A stretch of DNA of 63,327 bases, counting the filler, from Nemertoderma westbladi (lineage: Eukaryota; Animalia; Xenacoelomorpha), in the NCBI GenBank assembly GCA_032718475.1. It is 4 parts of 4 records of this genome, joined end to end, with 100 filler letters (N's around TTAATTAATTAA, not from the genome) between each part and the next. Parts side by side here need not be neighbours in the genome. Positions count along the whole stretch, not along the records: positions 1 to 21,691 come from JAUCBJ010003256.1; positions 21,792 to 50,345 come from JAUCBJ010007830.1; 2 more parts are not named here. One strand, given 5' to 3'. The notes beneath the pieces were generated by a model. The model was not told the DNA's origin. It searched no databases and saw nothing but the letters and a program-made list of their open reading frames with translations. Shown piece by piece: positions 12,621 to 26,100 of the stretch. The translations under genes and the position numbers were made by a program. The number at the start of each line of letters is the position of its first letter. Positions within the stretch are counted from its first letter, which is position 1.

Positions 12621-14113
12621 GAAATCAGGCAACAATACATTTTTAAATAATTAAAACGGATCAGTTTTATTAAGAGTAACAGAAGGACCTCTTGGCCGAT
12701 GAGCCAAGAAACATCTGAAATGGACTCATTAATTTTATCCATGAACTACAGTACATATTTAACCAAAAATGAAATGAAGGAACTCCAGCAGAGCGGGCTT
12801 TCAGCGGGCATAGCAGGTATTCTACCATTATGAAAATACCACCGATTTCGAATAGTGATAGTCGAATGAACAAAGATTTGGTATAAAAATAAATAAAAAT
12901 GATAAAACAGAACAGAACTTAACAATACTATATTTAAGAATATAACATGTTTAAATTTTAGCAAAAATAAAATAAAATAAACCACCATTGACAATCTTGA
13001 CTTTCACAATTTCATGCATAAATAGACATAATAGTAAAGAACGTCGTAATAGGAACAGTTCTTTTAAAAAATAGAAAGATTCACCCAATGAAAGAGGTTT
13101 GTTAATAATTTTCCGTTATTATTCCGTTTTCCATTAATATTGTTAATAATAATATTAGTGTGTATGTTCCCTAGGCAGTAAAATGTTTGTTTGGAGAATA
13201 TTTTAATTTAAAGCAAATTATGTAGTAATATCCTAATGGTAGATCTATGGCCTACACTGGTTTAAGACATTGTTCTCACTGCCTGTTGTATTACTGGCAC
13301 TATTGCTACTTCAGCGAATGTACCCCCCCTTTTATAGACAACCGCTTATTAGAGAAAGACTCGCTACAGCTGTACAGTTGACAGCAGTATGTTTCATCAG
13401 CAGTATGCTGGTGAAAGCTGTATATCTATCTAAAGCAATATATCTTTCCTGTCACCAATGTTATCATATCATACAGTATAAAATTGGGGCGAGCCATGAA
13501 AAAAAAAGATGTAGCAGGAGTCCTTCAAAAAAACCTTTACTATAGTAGACTATGGTAAATGCTGTCACAATGTGGGTGTTTTTCCTACTACTTACTTAAA
13601 CAGTCGCCATATGCAGGGAGATAGGATGATAAAGAAATCATCCATCAATAGAACTATTGAACAATCTATCTTAGCTGCCTTCATTTTAGCGATACTAATC
13701 CCTGAAACTCCACGCATTTGGAGTAATTTGTACAACTCATTCGTTCCAGGACAATTATCCATAAAAAATACATAGTCTGAAAGTAGGCCTACTACAGTCA
13801 GACAGTAGTACCAGTACACATATAGCTCATATCTGTCTGCCTGTTGGTGTTGGAACAGCGGCTGGCTGTAATGCCGAGGTACCTATTTCATAGGGATTAT
13901 CGCCTTCCCTCACAAAATTAATGCGAGTGAAATCGAAATATATCACTAGGAAATGCGAAATTAGAGCAAGGGAACACGAAATTATCACAAGGGTATGCGA
14001 AATATTTTGTAAGGGAACGCGAAATATTTTGCAAGGGAACACGAAATATTTTGCAAGGGAACACAAAATATTTCACAAAGGAACGTGAAATTATCGTGAG
14101 GGGACGTTAAATA

Positions 14114-16024
14114 CAGTCGGGGTCTCAAAGTGCATCTGTTCTTTGAGATTTTCTCAAAGTTTTTCTAAAAGTGTCTAAAAGTCATTACATTACTCTCAAC
14201 CACCGCTTTGAATTCTTGTAGACACTTTTAGATGGGAATCTCAAAGTGATTTCCTGCTTTTAGGCACTTTGAATTCTTTGAGAAATGTCACTTTGAGGTA
14301 GTTTGCGGCACTTTTAATTCTTTGAGAAAATAAACTCCGAGGTATTCCTGATTGACAGCTCGTGGTAAGTTAACTGAGAGGCAGAGGCATTCTCGGTGAA
14401 CAATATTATGCGGGCAACAAAGTGATACTTGTGTGCTGGCCAGTTGTTGCATAGAAGCTATATTCCCATTAATTTATCAAATTGAGGTTCCTGAGGTCAT
14501 TACAGGATGGGTTTTCGGTCGCAAGTACAAATTGAATTTACGGCACCCTAAAGTCTTTCTAAAAAACATTCATTCAAATAATACATGAAACATAATTTGT
14601 GAAACAAGATTAATGCTTGACAAGATTGATTATTTTAATAACATAATACAATATCAGATTAACAATTAATATAAGAGAAACTTCTCTGTAGTTTCTCTGT
14701 GTATACGCAGTTTCATTATAATGACCTAAAGAAGCCCTGTTGGGAGAAAGCTTGTAATAACATTTGTTATTCATTTCATTAGTCACCTCAGGTCAAACCG
14801 TACTATACCTTTACTGTTTAATTAATATGATAACTATGTTGACGAGAGCGCGAGAATTCCTTCTTAAAAACTAAGAAAGGCTTTCGACTTTCAAGTACGA
14901 TAGAACGGCTACAATCTTGTGTTGTTTCAGCTTAATAGAGATATTAAAATATCCCCTGCCGCTGGCGTTTATATTTGAGCATATTTTAAATGTTTGCCTC
15001 ATATTCAATTGATGTGTACCGCCTTCTGGCAAAGCGGCACCCAGTTTAAACTATCAATCACAGCTAGTGAGTAGCGACCCACGGTCGGCGACCTTCAAAC
15101 AAACAGGTGCAGAGTCGGAAAGAACTGTCACATGCTTTGCTTGGCTTGTGGTACCATTTGATTACATAATAGATTTTGGCAGACTGGGCGGTCGCTCTGA
15201 CCATAGGCATTGCGCACCAACAATGCCTAAAACATCTATGGGAACAGCCAATTAGTGCGCTTGAATCATTTATCTTTATTCCTGCCTCTATCGTTATCCT
15301 TTACTTTGTATAACACAATTTACAGTGCGGCAAAGTATGGCTGGTTGACCATTGAAATGCATTGGTAAAGGTATTCGGCGTTCACATGGGCTAAACAAAT
15401 TTAAACAGTACAGTTTTAGCACTATACATTAATATAGATAGGGCAACAGACAAACTGTCTATGACACAAATACCAACACATTCCGATAGCCCGCAATTAC
15501 GGCGTCTCTAAAGAGCCCAAATATAAATTAATAAAATCCTCTTTGAAACAATAAAAATTCCTACAAAAAATACTGCTGTATTAAATATTAGTTACTGCAG
15601 TAACATATAACAATTACTGCAGTAACAAATATTTATTACTGCAGTAATAAATATTTATTACTGCAGTAACAAATATTTATTACTGCAATAATCAATATTA
15701 TTAAATTAATAAATAATTGAATAAACATTAATAGTGCAGTAATCAATATTAATAAATAATTGAATAAAAATTTCTACTGCAGTAACAAATTATTTGTTAC
15801 TGCAGAAAAAGACAATTTTTTATTACTGCAGTAAGTTTAATTCTTACTTTCAGTAACAAATATTTATTACTGCAGTATTTTTTGGAGGCATCTTTATTGT
15901 TTCATAGAGGTTTTTATTACTTATATTTTACCCTTTAGTAGTCAAAGTCAATATACCCCATTCATAGCCATTTTAGTTCTTTGAGAAAATCTCAAAGAAC
16001 AGATGCACTTTGATACCCCGACTG
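14114..16024. mobile_element. Non-autonomous TIR DNA transposon with TA TSD
   Basis: 46-bp TIR CAGTCGGGGTCTCAAAGTGCATCTGTTCTTTGAGATTTTCTCAAAG with one mismatch at the other end, flanked by TA. Confidence 0.85.
15498..15938. mobile_element. MITE derivative of the IS3EU element at 17426
   Basis: Begins TACGGCGTCTCTAAAG. Both ends match 17426-17492. Internal TTACTGCAGTAA array; right tip truncated. Confidence 0.8.
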
Positions 16025-17425
16025 TATATCATGAGGGAATGCGAATATTATTTTTCCTCTCATGGCATACTTGGGGCTCCATAGATTTGCGTCTACATAT
16101 CTCTATGTTTTCATTCATTATGTTAAATGTTGCTTGAAATACCTTTCGGCACATGCATATCTTCATAAAGGTCTAGCAAAATCTTTCTAAAAGAGCATAA
16201 AATATTGTGAATGTTATGGTAGATTGTTTGGAATCCGTACTGAAAAGTTTCGTTTAAAGATTTTGATCCAAATGTGTACCGTTCCTTATCATCAGCAAGG
16301 AACTGATACTTTATAAGCAATGTTGGGTTAGCAAAATTGTCAATCACATAATATATTTTATAGAGGCTGTGTATCTGTGGACGGCCCTTCCTGGTGCTGA
16401 CTCAGATTCGGGTGGCTCAAGACTGAGGGGAACCGTGCTGCAGAATGGTTAACCGTGCTTCAGGATGGTTAACAATGCTGCAGGATGGTTAACCACAAGG
16501 ATGTTCGACTTCCAGTATCAAACTTTACTTCTGGCAGCTCCAATTCAACTCCGGTTAAACTCCATGTTCCAATGGGGTTCATGACTCAAGTTCAAAACCA
16601 AATTAATTAGATGAAATAATATCAAAGAAACACAATGGCGTTTACAGAATTCAATAATATGCTAAAATAGCCGAGATATTGGTGTTTTCAGTTTAAAAAT
16701 TATTCAGAATATGAAAACGATCTGTGATTGGTCGTGACATCACTACATGCCACCGAATCCCATTTATATCAACATTCAGATACCTATTACTATCTTTGTA
16801 TAAATTGGGGCAGTTTGTTACTGCAGGGACTGCTACATTAGTAGGGTGAGTGAGGGAGACTTGAACCCCAAAAGTTATAATCACTCTAAAGAAGAGATAA
16901 ATGAATTTTTCAATGCCGTTTTAACTTTTTCACATTACATTTATGATTTCTATCATTATGTGAGAGTTTGATAATTTCAACTCTTAAACTTTTTTAATTA
17001 AACCAATTATTCGTATTTTCGAAAAAGCATCAAGTCTCCCTCAATGGGGGGAGACTTGACACCTTGGGTGGGAGACTTGAACCCCACCTCGCATTCTTGT
17101 AAATTCGTTCAAAAATGCATAAGAAGTGTAATAATTACATGTTCAACATGTCTATTTTCTAGTAGAGCAGAACAATTTCAAAAAATGCGATTGTTAAATT
17201 TCCAAAATTTGATACAAATTTAGGTGGTCGTTCACATGGTTCTCCCAACAAGAACTGAATAAATAATAGCTCATTAAAACCGCATTAAAATTTAACGCGG
17301 GAGGGTACTTTTTATTAATGAATATCTTGTATAATTTTCAATCCAGGCACATTTTAATTGTTTTCATGTAATTCTATTGATGTGAGCCGCTTTCTGACGA
17401 AAGGCACCTTGTTTAAGCTGTCAAT

Positions 17426-18145
17426 TATGGCGTCTCTAAAGGGTCAAAATATAAATGAATAAAAACCTCTATGAAACAAGAAAAATGCCTCCATATTTGT
17501 TACTGCAGTAATAAATAATTGTTACTGCAGTAGAAATTATTAATTACTGCAGTAATAAATAAAAATTATTTTTTACTGCAGTATGAATTATTTGTTACTG
17601 CAGTAAAAAAAAATTTATTTATTACTGCAGTAATAAATAATTGTTACTGCAGTAATAAATATTTGTTACTGCAGTAACAAATAATTATTGCTGCAGTAAC
17701 AATTATTTATTACTGCAGTAACAATTGTTTATTACTGCAGTAACAATTGTTTCTTACTGCAGTAACAATTATTTATTACTGCAGTAACAATTATTTATTA
17801 CTGCAGTAACAATTATTTATTACTGCAGTAACAATTATTTAATACTGCAGTAACAATTATTTATTACTACAGTAACAATTATTTATTACTGCAGTAACAA
17901 TTATTTGCTACTGCAGTAGCAAATATTTATTACTGCAGTAACAAATATTTATTACTGCAGTAACAAATAATTATTACTGCAGTAACAAATAATTATTACT
18001 GCAGTAACAAATAATTATTACTGCAGTAAAAAAAAATTTATTTATTACTGCAGTAATAAATACTTGCTACTGCAGTAATAATTATTTGTTACTGCAGTAA
18101 TAATTATTTCTTACTGCAGTAGCAAATATTTATTACTGCAGTACT
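17426..18145 (+). mobile_element. Left TIR and subterminal palindrome array of an IS3EU-type transposon
   Basis: TATGGCGTCTCTAAAGGG terminus (TAY-type end), then about 30 copies of the palindrome TTACTGCAGTAA at about 20-bp spacing. Confidence 0.8.
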
Positions 18146-18392
18146 AAACTATCATTTCATTGGCCGATATGATTCAATTAATCCCCAATCAGAATCCGCA
18201 GTTATAAGGGCCACCCAAAACCGGGTTTAATTGGTTGTTATGCAGCATACAATTCCACCAATGAGAAGCGTTAACGAAGCAATCATAATGGATTTGTCAT
18301 TGCCATAGATTACAACACTGTTTATGTTCTCTAGCAGTAGCCAGTAGGCCTACTAAACAGTACATAATAGGTACGGAGTGTTCGACGAGACC

Positions 18393-20175
18393 ATGGATGA
18401 CCTTGGTTCCGCTTTTTTAGACGATTTGTCAAGCATTATAGAAAGATGTGAGGCAATTTCTGTCATTGGGGTACGTGGACATGATTACGACTATATACAT
18501 CGAAATCTTGAACATTTTGTAGCGATATTGGGGCAAATTGAAAGTCATCAAATTATCCGCCCAACTATTGTTGGACAACTGTTTAATGAAACCAAACAAT
18601 GGTTGCGTTGGTTAAATACAATTCAACCCATCGATATGGGTATAAGCACTTGTTGTTCCAACCCTACTCGGCTACGCCCGACCCTTATGTATACAGGGTT
18701 ATCAGGGCGACCTACATATGTCTTCGATAAGGAAAGCCTTGAATTTTTTAGGGACACCGGATTTTCATGGAAACAAATAAGTAAAATGTTTGGAGTGAGT
18801 AAGTCCACCATTACTCGGCGGGTGAGACAATTTCAAATTCAACGGAGAAACACATTCACTATTATATCCGACATCGATTTAAAATCAAAGATTGAAGCCA
18901 TTCATAGGGAGTATGTTCACGCTGGATGTCGATTAGTGCGAGGTATTCTGAAATTCCAAGGTATTCACGTAACCCTACGCAGAGTTCACATATTACTCAC
19001 TGCTGTCGATCCTATACTTTCCGCTCAGAGATGGGGCGCGTTAGTGCATAGGAGGAAATACTCTGTCCCACACGCAAATGCCTTATGGCATATAGACGGA
19101 CATCACTCGTTGATTAGGTGGGGTCTTGTAGTACATGGTGCGATAGATGGATATTCACGCTTAGTTGTTTATTTACAATGTAATACTAATAACTGCGCTA
19201 GTACAGTTCTTTCAACCTTTGAAAATGCTGTACAATTGTATGGCACACCATCAAGAGTTCGCGGCGATAAAGGTGGTGAGAATGGCGATGTAGCAGCGTA
19301 TATGGTTGGAGCTAGAGGACTAAACCGTGGAAGTTTTATAGCTGGCCCTTCCACACACAATCAAAGAATTGAAAGACTTTGGAGAGATGTGTTCAGAGTT
19401 GTATGCCACACGTTCTACAATGTATTTTATTATTTAGAAGGAAATCAATTATTAGACCCCACCAAAAATTCAGATCTATTCGCACTACATTTTATATATA
19501 AGGTAAGTGAGCTTTTCTTACACCATCAGTGTATCAGATTGGTAGGCAGTTAATATACAGTATTACTTTATATTTGGGGTGATATCGCTCTGTAGATAGG
19601 ACGGTTTTGTGACGGGTTGAACGTTCAAAATGTCAAATAATTAGCTTAAGCTTAACCTGCAATATTATGGTAGATTAATTTTATATTTCTAATTAAATAT
19701 TTTCCGTATTTTTCTTACTTTACACCTTACTAAATTTTAATATATAATATTATTCATATTACATTTATAAAATATTTATTCGAGCGATATAATCGAATGT
19801 ATAAGCTAATATTTATACTTTATATTACAGGGTAGAATTAACAGGGCGCTAACGGAGTTTGTGGCGGCATGGAATAGCCACCCTCTCCGAACAGAAAGGA
19901 ATTGGTCACCCCAGCAAATATTTATAAACAGCCGACTTGACAGTACCGTTGATGAAATCGACATTAATGATTTTGAGTACGGTGTCGATTGGCAAGGCCC
20001 TATTCCAGATGAGGAAGAGTCACTGGTAGAAGTCTATGACATAGATGATGTATTGAGTCTTCTGCAAATCCACGAACTTAGAAACAGATTTCCTGATACG
20101 ACGTTAGAGTGTAGCGACTATGGAGTCCAGCTATATTTAGACTGTTTACACTTCATAAACAATTTGATTTTGTAA
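18393..20175 (+). CDS. IS3EU-type integrase-like DDE transposase, two exons (18393-19502, 19831-20175), about 484 aa
   Basis: HTH FSWKQISKMFGVSKSTITRR; catalytic WHIDG, RGDKGGEN and NQRIERLWRD. A phase-0 GTAAGT..TTACAG intron joins HFIYK to GRINRALTEFVAAWNSHPLRTE. Confidence 0.88.
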
Positions 20176-21691
20176 TTAATTGTGGAAATTGATATTAAAT
20201 TCAACAACATTAATAAATCTAACCAGGTAATATAAACCAGACGCTCCACCCCCCCCCCCCCCCCCCCCCCCACCCTTCGAAAAAAAACGGCTAGAGTTCC
20301 ATATAGCGCTATAGTTTTGAAAGCTTAATCATAAATTAATATTATAAACTATTCTAGCATTGGTATATTTCTACATTGATATACATTAACATTATACATT
20401 ACATTGATACATTGATATATGTTGTTATGTTATGGAGCACGCGTTGGTAGGCACAGGCAATGAATTGATGTCTGTTGAGATGTATTGAAGGAGCACTATT
20501 CCTTCATTAGTAATAATATTAATGTCATTGAATAACTGATACCTAAACACACACACACACCCCCCCCGTCAGCCAGTTTTATGGAGAGTGAGTGAATGGA
20601 CAGGGAATTAATGCTATCCTACCATCCCCAACCAGCAGCAGTCTGCCTCTAACAGGCCAGGACATTCTCAGCGTTGCTAAGACACGGGAAGGAATTACTC
20701 CGTATTGACTGTCATAGCCTGTCAGAGCCTGCGTGTGAATTAATTGATAAAAATGCAATTTTAATTGTGAATCAATAAATAACTATAAAACTTGACATTA
20801 ATCTCGAGTATAAAGTAAAGACTTTGATAGAATGGGACACGGCGAATCTACCCATGTTAATTTTATACCAGATGGGATAAATGTTACCCCCCTAAATAAT
20901 TAATTACCGATAGAAGAATCGAAATAATTCGATTCAACCATACAATTTAGCTAAAGATATTAACTTCGATTATGGCTTCCGACATTTATGGCTACCGACA
21001 CACACACACACACACACATACGGGCATATGGTGTAAAACGAGGACTTCCGTATATCATCTACAAACCGAGGACTATCAATTCTTTTCTTTATCTCGTTTT
21101 CGTAAAACTAATTTAAAAAAACACCTTCACTTTTCAATAAACGGTACGAGATGGGTTCAACACACTTTGAATATAATAGTTGAAAGTGTAAATTTGTTCA
21201 CGCGTATTTCACAGGGGCACCGAGGACATGGAACATACACAATATACACATGTGTGTGAGAGGTCCTCGGTTCTACTTAACTTCAGGTGAAACTTATACT
21301 ATTCAATCCTAATGCTGAGCTGCCTGTATCCAATCCCATTATCGGCGCTGTATGTGGGAGGGAGCCTGGCGCATGTGTTGTGGGGCGAGCTACTGTACGA
21401 AGTAAGAGAGCCTTAGCGTAGGGGTACCATGAAATCGACCATGAAATCGATGAAATGTAACCAAACTTGGTACACATGTAGTTGGGCACATTTCTAAATA
21501 TTTTCCAAGATGAATTTTCGTGGGGCCTTCGTAAAGCATCAGTGTCAGTTAATTAAGTAATTATACTAATTACAGTCAAATGGAGCTTGGAAATTAATAA
21601 TTTACATTTTTTACTGCAAAAATGGCTTAGTTTAACGGGGAAATTAATTATTTTCGGCGCCTGAAATATATTTTATCTGCACAAAAATCAT

Positions 21692-21791
21692 NNNNNNNNN
21701 NNNNNNNNNNNNNNNNNNNNNNNNNNNNNNNNNNNTTAATTAATTAANNNNNNNNNNNNNNNNNNNNNNNNNNNNNNNNNNNNNNNNNNNN
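21692..21791. other. Artificial contig linker
   Basis: 44N + TTAATTAATTAA (stops in all six frames) + 44N. Confidence 0.98.
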
Positions 21792-22323
21792 AGAATTACA
21801 GATGGTCAAAAAGTTTAACAGATTTATTTGCGATTTACGCTACTGTTAGAGGGACATCACGCTACTATATGTATTATTTGTTATAAGGTAGAAGAGCAAT
21901 ATCGCACGAAGCAATGTCAGTGTGAAGAGGCAAGTCGTTTCCAAGGTCTACCCAGAGCTTGGTTTAGCCGAGACACGAGGATCTGAACTTTGCATTCCTA
22001 ATACTCTGCCTACCAATAATACTTAAATATAGTAGTGGCTTTATTGTACTTTAAGAAGTACTGACATGTCATCTTACTATAGTCTCGCATTTATAATATA
22101 ATACGGACAGTAAGGAAAGAGAAAATAATTACTTCTTGCCGTCGCACTAAATATATTGTAAGTAATTAAATACGTAATAAACACTAATATATTGCACTAA
22201 TTTACTAAATATTCTAAAATAACCTTCTACTAAATAAAATTAAAGAAAACGATTAAAATAAAATTACATAATAATACATACATAAATAGAAAATAAAAAC
22301 AAATATAAAATGATATAGTCACA
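21792..22323 (-). mobile_element. 3' LTR of BEL/Pao element 1 (truncated by the contig end)
   Basis: On the minus strand the PPT-like GGAGTGGGCG is followed by TGT, 19 nt after the ORF stop. AATAAA near 21826. Confidence 0.6.
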
Positions 22324-22341
22324 CGCCCACTCCACATGCTA

Positions 22342-23166
22342 TCACGTTATGGAGTCCCTAGATATTTGTCGGATTAGGGAAGTAGTCGTAGGAAGAGTAT
22401 CTTGCCTTCCATAGTTTCCGGACAGTTTTCGGTCTCTTTCCAGTAAACATAAACGACTAGCTGGGCGATTGAGTTGTTGTGTTACTTTCTCCGCTCCCTT
22501 GGCCTGTCTAATTTCTGCCGTGGTAAGATGAGGAGGCCATTCTTCTTCTTCTTTACTTAAGGAGTCGGATCCACCTAACCAGCCTGGAGTATCTATCAGT
22601 TCTTGAGGAGTTGCTCCTCTGGAAGCGATGTCGGCTGGATTAATCGTCCCAAGGCAATGTCTCCATTGATCTACATTGGAGTTAACATCGTCATTATCTG
22701 AGGAGTATGGTGTTCCCTCAGTTGGATCGTCCACATCACTGCTCTCCACTTCCCATTCCTTTACTTGGTATACCTGTTGCTGAGGTAATCTCTCTTTGAG
22801 AGTTCTACGGGAAGGGCCAGTGAAGTACCAACCTACTCTAGTTCTTACCGCATAGGTTTGTAGTGGCTGTGGTTGAGCAGGCCGTTTCTCTAATGGCTCG
22901 AGCGCCTCATGCGCGTTTTGGCCGATGAGTATTTGCACTCCAGGATAATCGGTTTGGAATCGAGGTATCTCAAGATGTTGGATGCACTCGTCCTCGTCCC
23001 AGTTATAAGGTTCTGCTTGAGTAGTAGCAAAGTTCTTTATAGCCACCATTTTTACTGACCCTATACCTTGTGTTCCTAACTTATCCTGGGGGGTGGACAA
23101 CACACCTACATAGTAATCTGCCGTTAGGGTAGATTTCCAAACCTGCATAATTCCTGACATATTCAA
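22342..23166 (-). pseudogene. Internally deleted BEL/Pao pol remnant
   Basis: Post-protease ILIGQ..YAVRTRVGW..GP is joined to the RNase H tail QWRHC..NPADIASRG and the integrase tail RPASRLCLLE. In frame with the gag ORF after one TAA. Confidence 0.85.
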
Positions 23167-23184
23167 TTTAGTCCGGAACTTGGG

Positions 23185-26100
23185 TTATCCAGCAAAGATA
23201 TCTTCGGCTAGTTCTTGATCGATGAATGTTCCTGTGCTGCCGGAGTCAAGTAGGGCGTTCACTATGTAACTCTTGTTGGGACCATGAACTCGAACTTGCA
23301 CTACAGGAAATTCTCTTATTCCTATGTTGGAAGTTGGAACTTTCCAAGATGGTTGTTTGTCAAAAGGAGTTGGAGTAAACTCGTCAGTGTCCTTTTCATA
23401 CGTAAGTGCTCGATACACTGTGGTATTTATTAGATAACAGGATTCGTTGGCATCGGAGAATTCGTCTGTATAGAATCCTTCCCACTCAGAACCTTGGTCA
23501 GTGTCGTTCACATCACTGAATTGGACATGTAGTTCGGGCTCACTTACCTGACTCGGGTTGTCTCGTTCGAACTCACTGTGTAACAAGATGTGATGTTTCG
23601 CGCCACACTTTGCACACTTTACGTCGGAGTAACAGGTTTGCCGTTGGTGTCCTGATCTGAGGCAATTATAGCATAACCGCTTATTCCACAGGACTGTACG
23701 TCTGTCTACAGGGGATTTCTTTAGAAATTCAGCACACGCACTCAAACGGTGGGGCCCGTCGCACAGCGCACATTTTGGTTTGATGTTACTCACCTTAACT
23801 TGGTTAACGTTCTGCACTCTCGTTCTTTCTTCGGGCTTTCTTCCGTGAATTCTCTTAGGAGACGTAGGAGGAGTTGTTGTTACCTGTTCTCTCCTGTCAC
23901 TGGTTCGAGACTTGTATTTACTTACGTCTTTATAGGTCTTGTTGTCATAGTAAGATTTTGCTGTGTCTTTCCCACTGTCCTCTTCTTGAGAAGCTTGGCT
24001 TTCGCCGTCGTCAGTATAACACACTGGTATTATCCTTCTCCTAGAAACGGGTTTCTCACTTACCTTATTTTCCGATGTTTTCTCTCTGGACTGCCTTATG
24101 AGTTGTAATTTTACTTCACTATCTAAGAAGGACATGAGGTCAGCCATGGTAGGACTTCGTCGTTGTTGTTCATTCATGTACAACACTTTCTTGTCCCAGC
24201 GTGTACATACTCCACCCTTTGGTAAAGTAGAGACTACGGCTCCAATAACCATGGAACTCTGATATTCATGCGACTTACCTAACCAGTCCAGTTGTCTACA
24301 GATCTCTTGAATTTCATCGGAAAACTCTATAATCTCGCTACTAAGGAAGTGTCGGGGGGCTACTAATTTTGCATACAAATACTTAGCTATGTTATCCTTG
24401 TTACCATACCTGATGTTTAGTGTATCCCAAACTTGTCTCAATCCATCTGGATGTCCAATAAACTTTAACGCCATTAACTTGGGAGGTCCTTCCAAGCACT
24501 TGATGAGGAATCTAAGTTTCTCTCCGTTAGATAGTACAGAGTTCTGTATGCTATCTTTGTAATATTCGTTGAAAGGTAACCATTTCATCTCATCTCCATT
24601 GAATTTGACGATCTCTCCCACTTTGACCGCTTGGCGGGCTTCTGTTCTAGCCATCTGACGCGTAAAGCTTTCTTGGACCATCGTGTTATTTAATATCGAA
24701 TTATCGGTATATAAATTTCTCGGATCATTATCAGGTCTATAGGGAATATCATTAATAACAGGTCTATAATCACCCTTAATAGGGTTTGTTATAGGAGTTT
24801 CAACTTCACTAGCAGTATAGATGCGTGTAGGCTCCACACCTTGCGCATGTAATACTTCAGACCTAACGGGTTGACACAATGTTACAGGGGGCATTGGTAT
24901 GCCCTTTTGTATATTGACTAATTTGTCGCGTTCTAGCGCGATACTTTGCTGCACTTCTTGCAACTCTGCTCTACCTTCCCTCACTGTTCCCTTAAGTTGG
25001 TGGACAGTCTCCTGCATCTGTCCTAGCAGGAGATTCATCCCCCGCCGTCCCTCTTCCACCCACTCAACCGCCGAAGCAGGAGTCGCCAACATAGTAGCGG
25101 GCTGACGCGGGACGACGGGAGACAAATTATTGATTTCTCTCTCTGCTATCTGGACAGGGGTATTTGCATGGACTGTTCCACCGGGTACAGGCAGTGTAGT
25201 ACTATGTAAAGGGAATTTAGAGTTAAGCTCTGGAAGTGTAGAGGTCTCTAGCACAGAAGTGACTTTGGGAACAACAGGCCTAATTATTTCAGGTTCATCG
25301 ACTATAGTAGGGAGTCTTTTGACCTGGATAAATTGTTCTATGGGTTCTGCACTACCTAATTCTGTGCTAGTTAGCTGTCTTTTAACAGCTGGGGGCAAAT
25401 CAGGCAATTTGCAACGGTAATATGTTTTTCTACGCCTACTTAGATGAGATCTATTTCCTCCGCCTTCAGGATCGGTAGTATCGCCTTCCTCCGAGGATGT
25501 GTATCCCTGGCGCTTGGGAGTAGATTTTCTCATCATCTGCATTTGATTAGCAGTAAACTGTTTATTTATACTGTCTTGTGTCTCTTGCAGATTTTCCAAC
25601 TCCAGTTGGGTAGTCTGCTCAGATGCTCTCCTTTCTGCTTCTGCCACTGCCTTTGCTGCTTTTCTTTCTGCTTCTGCATCTGCCGCCGCTGCCTTTCTTT
25701 CTGCTTCTGCATCTGCCGCAGCCGCCGCCTTTGCTGCTTTTCTTTCTGCTTCTGCATCTGCCGCCGCTGCCTTTGCTGCTAATCTTTCTGCTTCTGCATC
25801 TGCCATAGCCGCCGCCTTTTGTTCCTCTATCCTTCTTTTCTTTACTTGTTCTTCTCGGACTCTAATGAGGCGGAGTTTTTCATCACATTCAGCTTGGTTT
25901 GCAGCTAACATTTCGGCATCGATTGAGTCCAACACAAGCTTGGTTCCTTCACTATTAGGGGAAAGTCCAGACAGCCGTCTCCTCAACTCTTCGTCTCCTA
26001 GGAATCGCTGATAGTCGGACAAATAAATGTCGATAGCGTCTCTAGTTCGCGGCTTCTCTGCTGATGTTAATTCGCTTTCCACTTCGCTTTCCACCTCGCT

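Larger units (their letters stand above)
13890..16083. mobile_element. Non-autonomous IS3EU-like element interrupted by a nested insertion
   Basis: AGGGAACRCGAAAT repeats of about 21 bp at 13968-14110 resume after 16026. Right end GGGGCTCCATA; left terminus eroded. Confidence 0.45.

Noticed and set aside
17500-18145. CRISPR-like or operator array
   Set aside because: The gaps are about 8 nt and AT-only; the array is explained as transposon subterminal repeats.
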